From Balanoglossus misakiensis (taxonomy: Eukaryota; Animalia; Hemichordata), in contig CM082586.2 in the NCBI GenBank assembly GCA_040954595.2, positions 4,161,125-4,225,124 of the forward strand: a stretch of DNA of 64,000 nt. The letters run 5' to 3'. Shown here one piece after another: positions 14,901 to 28,080 of the stretch. The position numbers were made by a program, and so were the translations under genes. The notes under the pieces are model-generated. The model was not told the DNA's origin, did not search any database, and was given only the letters and a program-made list of their open reading frames with translations. The first letter of the stretch is position 1, and the number at the start of each line of letters is the position of its first letter.

Positions 14901-17900
14901 AACCATGGGTTATAGCTCATGAAAATCATCCAGAAATGACAATTTTTCGACTTTGCGAATTTTCGAAATCTGGTGATTTTTCGATGAAAACCATGGGTTA
15001 TAGCTCATGAAAATCATCCAGAAATGACAATTTTTCGACTTTGCGAATTTTCGAAATCTGGTGATTTTTCGATGAAAACCATGGGTTATAGCTCATGAAA
15101 ATCATCCAGAAATGACAATTTTTCGACTTTGCGAATTTTCGAAATCTGGTGATTTTTCGATGAAAACCATGGGTTATAGCTCATGAAAATCATCCAGAAA
15201 TGACAATTTTTCGACTTTGCGAATTTTCGAAATCTGGTGATTTTTCGATGAAAACCATGGGTTATAGCTCATGAAAATCATCCAGAAATGACAATTTTTC
15301 GACTTTGCGAATTTTCGAAATCTGGTGATTTTTCGATGAAAAGCATGGGTTATAGCTCATGAAAATCATCCAGAAATGACAATTTTTCGACTTTGCGAAT
15401 TTTCGAAATCTGGTGATTTTTCGATGAAAAGCATGGGTTATAGCTCATGAAAATCATCCAGAAATGACAATTTTTCGACTTTGCGAATTTTCGAAATCTG
15501 GTGATTTTTCGATGAAAACCATGGGTTATAGCTCATGAAAATCATCCAGAAATGACAATTTTTCGACTTTGCGAATTTTCGAAATCTGGTGATTTTTCGA
15601 TGAAAACCCTGGGTTATAGCTCATGAAAATCATCCAGAAATGACAATTTTTCGACTTTGCGAATTTTCGAAATCTTGTGATTTTTCGATGAAAACCATGG
15701 GTTATAGCTCATGAAAATCATCCAGAAATGACAATTTTTCGACTTTGCGAATTTTCGAAATCTGGTGATTTTTCGATGAAAAGCATGGGTTATAGCTCAT
15801 GAAAATCATCCAGAAATGACAATTTTTCGACTTTGCGAATTTTCGAAATCTGGTGATTTTTCGATGAAAAGCATGGGTTATAGCTCATGAAAATCATCCA
15901 GAAATGACAATTTTTCGACTTTGCGAATTTTCGAAATCTGGTGATTTTTCGATGAAAAGCATGGGTTATAGCTCATGAAAATCATCCAGAAATGACAATT
16001 TTTCGACTTTGCGAATTTTCGAAATCTGGTGATTTTTCGATGAAAAGCATGGGTTATAGCTCATGAAAATCATCCAGAAATGACAATTTTTCGACTTTGC
16101 GAATTTTCGAAATCTGGTGATTTTTCGATGAAAACCATGGGTTATAGCTCATGAAAATCATCCAGAAATGACAATTTTTCGACTTTGCGAATTTTCGAAA
16201 TCTGGTGATTTTTCGATGAAAACCATGGGTTATAGCTCATGAAAATCATCCAGAAATGACAATTTTTCGACTTTGCGAATTTTCGAAATCTGGTGATTTT
16301 TCGATGAAAAGCATGGGTTATAGCTCATGAAAATCATCCAGAAATGACAATTTTTCGACTTTGCGAATTTTCGAAATCTGGTGATTTTTTGATGAAAAGC
16401 ATGGGTTATAGCTCATGAAAATCATCCAGAAATGACAATTTTTCGACTTTGCGAATTTTCGAAATCTGGTGATTTTTCGATGAAAAGCATGGGTTATAGC
16501 TCATGAAAATCATCCAGAAATGACAATTTTTCGACTTTGCGAATTTTCGAAATCTGGTGATTTTTCGATGAAAAGCATGGGTTATAGCTCATGAAAATCA
16601 TCCAGAAATGACAATTTTTCGACTTTGCGAATTTTCGAAATCTGGTGATTTTTCGATGAAAAGCATGGGTTATAGCTCATGAAAATCATCCAGAAATGAC
16701 AATTTTTCGACTTTGCGAATTTTCGAAATCTGGTGATTTTTCGATGAAAAGCATGGGTTATAGCTCATGAAAATCATCCAGAAATGACAATTTTTCGACT
16801 TTGCGAATTTTCGAAATCTGGTGATTTTTCGATGAAAAGCATGGGTTATAGCTCATGAAAATCATCCAGAAATGACAATTTTTCGACTTTGCGAATTTTC
16901 GAAATCTGGTGATTTTTCGATGAAAACCATGGGTTATAGCTCATGAAAATCATCCAGAAATGACAATTTTTCGACTTTGCGAATTTTCGAAATCTGGTGA
17001 TTTTTCGATGAAAACCATGGGTTATAGCTCATGAAAATCATCCAGAAATGACAATTTTTCGACTTTGCGAATTTTCGAAATCTGGTGATTTTTCGATGAA
17101 AACCATGGGTTATAGCTCATGAAAATCATCCAGAAATGACAATTTTTCGACTTTGCGAATTTTCGAAATCTGGTGATTTTTCGATGAAAACCATGGGTTA
17201 TAGCTCATGAAAATCATCCAGAAATGACAATTTTTCGACTTTGCGAATTTTCGAAATCTGGTGATTTTTCGATGAAAACCATGGGTTATAGCTCATGAAA
17301 ATCATCCAGAAATGACAATTTTTCGACTTTGCGAATTTTCGAAATCTGGTGATTTTTCGATGAAAACCATGGGTTATAGCTCATGAAAATCATCCAGAAA
17401 TGACAATTTTTCGACTTTGCGAATTTTCGAAATCTGGTGATTTTTTGATGAAAAGCATGGGTTATAGCTCATGAAAATCATCCAGAAATGACAATTTTTC
17501 GACTTTGCGAATTTTCGAAATCTGGTGATTTTTCGATGAAAAGCATGGGTTATAGCTCATGAAAATCATCCAGAAATGACAATTTTTCGACTTTGCGAAT
17601 TTTCGAAATCTGGTGATTTTTCGATGAAAAGCATGGGTTATAGCTCATGAAAATCATCCAGAAATGACAATTTTTCGACTTTGCGAATTTTCGAAATCTG
17701 GTGATTTTTCGATGAAAACCATGGGTTATAGCTCATGAAAATCATCCAGAAATGACAATTTTTCGACTTTGCGAATTTTCGAAATCTGGTGATTTTTTGA
17801 TGAAAACCATGGGTTATAGCTCATGAAAATCATCCAGAAATGACAATTTTTCGACTTTGCGAATTTTCGAAATCTGGTGATTTTTCGATGAAAACCATGG

Positions 17901-19740
17901 GTTATAGCTCATGAAAATCATCCAGAAATGACAATTTTTCGACTTTGCGAATTTTCGAAATCTGGTGATTTTTCGATGAAAACCATGGGTTATAGCTCAT
18001 GAAAATCATCCAGAAATGACAATTTTTCGACTTTGCGAATTTTCGAAATCTGGTGATTTTTCGATGAAAACCATGGGTTATAGCTCATGAAAATCATCCA
18101 GAAATGACAATTTTTCGACTTTGCGAATTTTCGAAATCTGGTGATTTTTCGATGAAAACCATGGGTTATAGCTCATGAAAATCATCCAGAAATGACAATT
18201 TTTCGACTTTGCGAATTTTCGAAATCTGGTGATTTTTCGATGAAAACCATGGGTTATAGCTCATGAAAATCATCCAGAAATGACAATTTTTCGACTTTGC
18301 GAATTTTCGAAATCTGGTGATTTTTCGATGAAAACCATGGGTTATAGCTCATGAAAATCATCCAGAAATGACAATTTTTCGACTTTGCGAATTTTCGAAA
18401 TCTGGTGATTTTTCGATGAAAACCATGGGTTATAGCTCATGAAAATCATCCAGAAATGACAATTTTTCGACTTTGCGAATTTTCGAAATCTGGTGATTTT
18501 TCGATGAAAACCATGGGTTATAGCTCATGAAAATCATCCAGAAATGACAATTTTTCGACTTTGCGAATTTTCGAAATCTGGTGATTTTTCGATGAAAACC
18601 ATGGGTTATAGCTCATGAAAATCATCCAGAAATGACAATTTTTCGACTTTGCGAATTTTCGAAATCTGGTGATTTTTCGATGAAAACCATGGGTTATAGC
18701 TCATGAAAATCATCCAGAAATGACAATTTTTCGACTTTGCGAATTTTCGAAATCTGGTGATTTTTCGATGAAAACCATGGGTTATAGCTCATGAAAATCA
18801 TCCAGAAATGACAATTTTTCGACTTTGCGAATTTTCGAAATCTGGTGATTTTTCGATGAAAACCATGGGTTATAGCTCATGAAAATCATCCAGAAATGAC
18901 AATTTTTCGACTTTGCGAATTTTCGAAATCTGGTGATTTTTCGATGAAAACCATGGGTTATAGCTCATGAAAATCATCCAGAAATGACAATTTTTCGACT
19001 TTGCGAATTTTCGAAATCTGGTGATTTTTCGATGAAAACCATGGGTTATAGCTCATGAAAATCATCCAGAAATGACAATTTTTCGACTTTGCGAATTTTC
19101 GAAATCTGGTGATTTTTCGATGAAAACCATGGGTTATAGCTCATGAAAATCATCCAGAAATGACAATTTTTCGACTTTGCGAATTTTCGAAATCTGGTGA
19201 TTTTTCGATGAAAACCATGGGTTATAGCTCATGAAAATCATCCAGAAATGACAATTTTTCGACTTTGCGAATTTTCGAAATCTGGTGATTTTTCGATGAA
19301 AACCATGGGTTATAGCTCATGAAAATCATCCAGAAATGACAATTTTTCGACTTTGCGAATTTTCGAAATCTGGTGATTTTTCGATGAAAACCATGGGTTA
19401 TAGCTCATGAAAATCATCCAGAAATGACAATTTTTCGACTTTGCGAATTTTCGAAATCTGGTGATTTTTCGATGAAAACCATGGGTTATAGCTCATGAAA
19501 ATCATCCAGAAATCACAATTTTTCGACTTTGCGAATTTTCGAAATCTGGTGATTTTTCGATGAAAACCATGGGTTATAGCTCATGAAAATCATCCAGAAA
19601 TGACAATTTTTCGACTTTGCGAATTTTCGAAATCTGGTGATTTTTCGATGAAAACCATGGGTTATAGCTCATGAAAATCATCCAGAAATGACAATTTTTC
19701 GACTTTGCGAATTTTCGAAATCTGGTGATTTTTCGATGAA
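8997..19740 (-). repeat. 88-bp tandem satellite, right arm in inverted orientation (~122 copies)
   Basis: Reverse complement of the same monomer (CGATGAAAA(G/C)CATGGGTTATAGCTCATGAAAATCATCCAGAAATGACAATTTTTCGACTTTGCGAATTTTCGAAATCTGGTGATTTTT) from 8997 to ~19740. Confidence 0.99.
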
Positions 19741-20080
19741 AAAAATGAAGAAATTTTGATATTACGGAAAGTCGAAAAATTGTCATTTTTGGATGATTTT
19801 CATGAGCTATAACCCATGCTTTTTTCAAAAAAATGAAGAAATTTTGATATTTCGGAAAGTCGAAAAATTGTCATTTTTGGATGATTTTCATGAGCTATAA
19901 CCCATGCTTTTTTCAAAAAAATGAAGAAATTTTGATATTTCGGAAAGTCGAAAAATTGTTATTTCCGGATGATTTTCATGAGCTATAACCCATGATTATT
20001 TTTAAATGAAGAAATTTGGTGTTTTCGAGGCTCTGAAATATTTTTCTTGGGTTACAGCTCATGAAAACTGTCAAAAATGA
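19741..20080 (+). repeat. Divergent terminal satellite monomers (3 plus-oriented copies and an inverted fragment)
   Basis: GTCGAAAAATTGT..TT..GGATGATTTTCATGAGCTATAACCCATG recurs at 19771, 19859 and 19947 (period 88) with a different second half (TTTTTTCAAAAAAATGAAGAAATTTTGATATTTCGGAAA). An inverted fragment TGGGTTACAGCTCATGAAAA starts at ~20048. Confidence 0.9.
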
Positions 20081-20114
20081 AACATGGTCTTGTGTGAAGT
20101 GGAGAAGCTGGATG

Positions 20115-20190
20115 ACTTACCTCGTAACAAGATGGCCGCCCGAGATGTGCCAGCGACCGTTATCACCGTGCCAATCGTGTGACGTCATCA
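20115..20190. promoter_or_regulatory. Putative bidirectional promoter (CCAAT, CRE, YY1-like motif) with a minus-strand splice donor
   Basis: CCAAT at 20171, palindromic TGACGTCA at 20180-20187, CAAGATGGCCGCC (YY1-like) at 20128-20140, minus-strand GAG|GTAAGT at 20121/20120. The CCAAT and CRE lie 80-100 nt upstream of the Ig gene 1 ATG. Confidence 0.5.
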
Positions 20191-20269
20191 CAAATTCTAA
20201 CCGCTCCCCAACTCTCCGGGTACAGAGTAATGTGCGAACTGTGCGTTTATTTACACAGGGACTTACAAA

Positions 20270-22387
20270 ATGGCGCAGCTTCAGCGGACGGTTTGGCTTC
20301 TTCTGGTGTCTCTGCTGACAGGTGAGATCCACTTGAGGTTCATGTCCAACAATTGGTCTGAAAGTCGTGTTGTCAACTTCACGCATCATGACCTGAAAAT
20401 CTTTTATGCCCATGATGCTTATATTTATTCCAATCAGAATGAACTTATCCGTTACAAGCAATAGTTCCAACAACATTCAACTCCCGCGACGCTGATCACT
20501 TTACGAGAGCCATATACTTTTAAAATACGTTCCTTATCAAATGCCTTGAATCCATATTTTTCATGAGTCAATCATATGTTTTAGCGCTTTCTCATATTTA
20601 TGAGGCTAAATGGTCAACCCTTCCACTAAGGTCATTCGATTCAGGTAACCGTTATAACACACCACACTGAGGCACAATTAAGTATTAAATAAATACAATG
20701 TAGTCCGGTTTGCGAAATAGTTTTTTAATTATCAAAATGTATCGCGTGGAATCTCGTACAACTATACCATGGAATGATATATTTCAATTTCAGACAGAAT
20801 AAAATATGTCAGCCAGAATAAAAATCATGATTTCACGATAAAAATTAGAGTGTAACGACTACGGTATACTGTTGTTAATGTTAATGCGGGACATGGTATT
20901 AACAACCAGGTTGATGTTTAACTCGAATATTTACCGTTATGGAGAGGTCACCAGCAGACAGCGTCGGCAAATTTGCAAATGGCTGCCACCTGAAGTTGTC
21001 GTTCAGGTCGGCGCTACCTGTATTTTGGACATTCTTGCTTTCAACCAAATCATGCGGGGTAAATCTTGGAGCAGCATAGACTTCTTTGTCGTCAACAGAG
21101 CAGTACAAATATGCAAAGTTGAGACTATAATAATCACGGGATTCTAACTGAACGACAGATTGGCCTGTTTGCGATTGCTTGCTCTTTTTTACAAGCACAA
21201 ATGTATATATGTGTTTGTATGTATGTATGGATGTAAGTTTATATTTTGTACGTTGTTCTTTTTTCAGCATTGGATGCTTGCTCAGCGCAGGACGACACGC
21301 TGGACGTAGTGACCGACCCGACGTCGGAAGGGGTTACCGAAGACTCCGTGACGTTGAAGTGTACTTACCACCTGCCGAGCTACTACCAGAAAGAGGTCAT
21401 CATCAGCTGGTACTTTGACCCCACCGACGGGGGAGAAAAGAGCATCATCATGACAAAAACTGATGAAGAAAACCCCATCTATTATGGCAGAGCGTCCGGC
21501 CGACTCGAACACGTCGGCACGCGCGGAGATCTGAAAATCAACCGTCTTGAACTTCTCGACGATGGCGTCTACACGTGTGACGTCAATTTCTATCTGGCCA
21601 AGGAACGGGGGTCCGGCACTACTAAGCTAGACGTGTTCCGTAAGCTTTAGTCCATTATTGATGGAGTCTGGATTTTTTTCTTCTAATTTTTAATAAAAAT
21701 ATACTTTTGATTTTCTGTAGAAATAATTTGAGAGGTTGTCATTGATAAAGCTACACCTCATTTATCTTGGCGCTGCTAATCCGTTGATTTTTACCTCCTT
21801 CTCTGAAAATTTTAGATTTCGTGGATTTTGTTGACATCCTGCAGTACAACCAGGGCGACTACGTGTGGGCCCCGGCGGGCGATGAAGTCTCGTTCGATTG
21901 CAAAGCGACGCGGGCCAAGCCGGAGTCGATTCTAACCTGGTACAAGAACAACGCCGTCATGGACGACGGGGTCTCGCACACCACCTCGAAGAACTCGGAC
22001 GGGACCTATAACACCGAGAGCAGCGTGATCCTGACCCCGACCTTGCAAGACCACAACGCCATCATCAAGTGCGAATCCAAGCAGGACACCAGGTTGCTGC
22101 AAGGGCAGAGAAAAGACGATGCTGTGGTTCTGAACACGAGTAAGCGCATCCCAACTTTAACAGGCCGTCGATCATCTTATGCGCATGTGCCAAACCAGAG
22201 ACTCTCGTTGCGAAAATACGGTCGGACGTATACTAGGCGCGTACAGAAAAGTAACACATTTCTCGGTTTTGAATACTGAAAAAAATATTAACTTTTCTTT
22301 TTTTCGACCACAGGTGGTGTTGTGATAAATACTGGCAATTTCGTTCTCATGGCGCTTACAATATTTCTGCACCACGTGATACAATAG
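20270..22387 (+). CDS. IgSF V-C2 putative GPI-anchored protein, paralog 1 (~273 aa)
   Basis: Exons 20270-20321 (MAQLQRTVWLLLVSLLT leader), 21268-21639 (V-set: TLKC..ISWY..DDGVYTC..GSGTTKLDV), 21816-22139 (C2-like: FDCKATRAKP..LTWY..DGTYNTES..IKCES), 22314-22387 (SGVVINTGNFVLMALTIFLHHVIQ*). All introns GT-AG and phase 1; spliced length 822 nt, in frame. Confidence 0.88.
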
Positions 22388-23995
22388 AAACGGTAAGTCA
22401 TACGTCGTCGGGGAATCACTCCCATCCACCACCTGTCACGTGACGTGTACAATGAACACCTCCAAGATTGCCATCTTTATCGCAGAAGTCCACTTTTAAC
22501 AATTTTCTCATCATTTTCGTGTTGTCCACAGAACAAATACTTTGTACACATGTACATGACTTGACAAGCGGAAAACTGGACGTGTTTGGTATACCATCAT
22601 TATTTTTCTATTTCATAAATTTCAAATACTTTCAGATACCATCAATCAGATGCCAGCCATCTACTCGTAGACTGCCACTCTAAGTAGTTAAACCAGAGAT
22701 TATTATCACGTGATAGCATTCAATGGATACCATTCGTCAGAAGATGTTATGACGTAGTTTATCATCCGTATCCCAGTCTTGCATATTATATTCTTTCAGG
22801 ATAGTTTTGTATTCGCGTATTTACTTTTCAACTAGTTTGGTGAAAGAAGCAGCTTTTCGCATCATGGGTGTGAAGTGGTGATTTTGAATTGGTGAGGAAA
22901 CTCATAACAATGAAGACATCGAAGATATTTAAGGCCAAAAACCCACATCTACGATGTTCAGTCTAGCAGATATGAACGACATTGTCTTTTGTATTTTATC
23001 TTTTCGTTTGACTGACCGACTCAGCTCTTTGTACGAGATTTTTCAAAAAAAAAATCTTCAAATGCAACCAATTTATGTCAATAAATCTTTTAATTTGTAC
23101 AAATATTAACGCGAAATTGTTGTTACTATTTCCTTTCATGTCTTTAAAATACCTGACACTTATACACCGTGTTCACTTGAAGCAGAAATATCCGTCAGTG
23201 ATATATATAGCTACATTGACCTTTGTGTCGACCAAGCTGGCAACTCCGGGTCAGCGTCCTAAACTCTCATTTGAGATTCTTGTAGTTCTCGTAAATCAAA
23301 AGATTTTGTCGTGCACGTCGATGATATGTGCTTGGTACACATTCCAAGCTATTGTTGATCGGACATTTTATTTGAACAACAAGAAAACTTTCAAGCAAAT
23401 CTGTCTGGGTTTATAAGAAAAACTTTGAAAAAACTGGAAATTGTGTCTATATACTGAATATTATATACTTGTTCAGGTGTCTTTTTTTCGATCGCTGATA
23501 GAATACACTGTCTCTGCTTGTGAACATCTGGACTTCAACTGACCCTCGTGTGCGGTCATTTCCATAGCAACATTTGAGTTATATTGATAATGGAGTATAA
23601 CTGGCAAGTCATATAAAGTACAAATAAGCGAGCACCTGTTCGAAGTACCAGGTATTTTGTATGGCGTACCAGTATTCAGCGATCTGCAATAAGTGATTTA
23701 TTTATATACATATACATGTAGGCTACATGTATATATGGAACCGCTATAAGAGTTTATGGATATTAAATATTAACTTTTTAGCCTTTGTGTAAGTAACGGT
23801 TGTGCAACGGCCTGACTGTGCGTAGGTTCGTGACCTGATAAATCACCTTGAACATAAAACGGTGTCAGCCTTACGGGTACCCGGGGGGTTTTGTCAGTGT
23901 GTTTGATCACGTGATCTTTTCAAACCTTCTTGCATATCGGATTCGTAGAACGGAGTTGCTCGATTGTCAAGTTTGTACAGGCAGCTTTGCTGAAT

Positions 23996-25963
<1,968 letters not shown>

Positions 25964-26594
25964 TTCTTTAGTTCTTTCTTCGTTCATCTATCCAAGCTCG
26001 TAGCTGTTGGTTCGTCCGAAATCCCCGAAGTCAACCCATCATCTATTTGACTCAAAGTTTTCGGTCCTCTAACCTTGGAACTGTAAGCAGAACGATCTGG
26101 CCTTGACTTTGAGGTTTTCCGGACACGAGACGTAAAGACCTGATATTAGACTTCGAGACAACCTCCGGTCAGCGGTCACTGTCTGGACAAGGTCACGGCT
26201 TGGATGACCAAGTAATATGTAATTGAAAATCCCAAGTAAAATCCTTCTGAATCGGTTAAATTAGTACAATGTAAATACATTTCCAGCTATTACTTAGTGT
26301 ATGAACAGTTTCGCGAATCTTTCTACAATCAGCATATATGTATATCAACAGTATACAGTTGAATTAAGTTGGTAGCACGGGCTAACAGAAAGTTGCTACC
26401 CAATGTAGATGAGATGCACACTACACTCCGTCAGCTAGGAATGACGGTGAGGAAATGTTAGGCCTATGACAAAATACACAACAAAAGTGTTATATTCGTA
26501 GCAAAAAAACACATTGTTTATCTCTTGGTATTTTTGTACAATAAAAACGAACGTGTCTCTTATCTTAGAGTGTCGGATTTACGTTATGTTAAAG

Positions 26595-26677
26595 GGAGGG
26601 GTGGGGCATCGACAAACAGACAGACAAGCAAACAGACAGACAGGCAGACAGACAGACAGGCAGATAGACAGACAGAC
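26595..26677. repeat. Imperfect (AGAC)n microsatellite
   Basis: acagacagacaagcaaacagacagacaggcagacagacag... Confidence 0.7.
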
Positions 26678-28080
26678 GATGTTTTGGTGCATGGTGTGCA
26701 TTGTGCTGCTCGACTAATGATTAATTTCAGGCACTTCACAGAGGTCAAAGTTCGCGGGTGTGTTATCAGGAGACATCACTGTTTGTTAAGTAACTTGTTA
26801 ATTAAATTAGGAGTGTGAGACATAGCAAAAATCATGGTTATATATAGTAACCTTGGCAATATCATATAAACTTAACTTATTACACATCTAAAACTATGCG
26901 TTCTCAATCAGAATATAATATCCATTGTATAGCTGTTTAAATTTTAATTCATCGTTGACGGCTTCAGTTCATACCCCGGTTACTAAGAAAAATTGAAATA
27001 CATGATGTCATCGGCGTCCATCACAGACTTGTACTGTTAACAGGAACAAACACGTTGCCATTCTATGCCCACACAAATATTGTTTCTATCTCTGAGTAAA
27101 CCCACAACAGTAAATTAATTAATTAATGAACTTTGGCGCTTCTGCTGGAGTTTGGTCCTCACTAAGACCCACATAACAATTGGAAATTTGTGTTGTGGGT
27201 TGAAATGGTGTTGTGTGTGAGTCAGCACCGAGGAATACTGAGGTGGGCGGAAGATGACACCAACAGAAACACTGAGTAAACGGAGGGAGTCATTGTTCGG
27301 TTATTTTCAAACGACCATGACCTTAAAAGGAGACAGCCGCGGCAACCAAGTAGAGGTGTTGAGTCAAACATCCGAGGGGGTGCCGTGGAATCGACAGGAA
27401 TAACCGAGAAAAAATTCCAATCGCGCAGGAACAACATTCAGTGTCAATATAACTCGAGAAAACACCTTGGTGATGGTGTGTTCTGTTTCAACAATTTAAA
27501 TGAAATGGTGAATTGAGCTGAAATGTAAAAATTAGTAGAGAAGTTCCATGGCGATCAAACACCAAAAATTAAAGTAAAATGACAGGCAGCTTTTGAATGC
27601 CGATTAAAATAAATTCAAATTGTGATACGAAAGAAAAAAACATGCATGTAAACCGTTACTTTAGATAAGCTGATTCTAAAAATATGTTACTTATAAATTT
27701 ATAACACATTCAATATTTACACGTGCAGGCAAAAAGGCCTTGGAAAACTTTTGAAAGTTTTGAAAACACGGTCTTGATCATAACCATCGGTGAAAATGCA
27801 TTAAAAATGTTATGAGTGTATGATACATCACCATTTAAAAAAGTTATATCTCATGTAACAAGGTATGAGGTGGACCAGTCACCCAAGGTCGTGAACTTCC
27901 GTACGGTGGGCGACTCGGACGGGTCCAATCAACAGGTGTTTATTTAGGCCCCTTGGTGCGGAGTGATACATTCATTGTTCGTGCAAGTATACGGTAGCGG
28001 TGGTGCACGAGTCGACTCCTTCGCCCCTTCCCTGGATAGAGTAACCGTCAAGCAACACCACCATAAATCAGACAAAGAAG

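Noticed and set aside
1-19740. CRISPR-like array
   Set aside because: Monomers are contiguous with no unique spacers, no cas genes, and the context is eukaryotic with introns.
534-19828. Many short ORFs (MIFMSYNPCFSSKNHQ...) in the satellite
   Set aside because: They are translations of the 88-bp repeat, opened by 1-nt indels; there is no coding signal.
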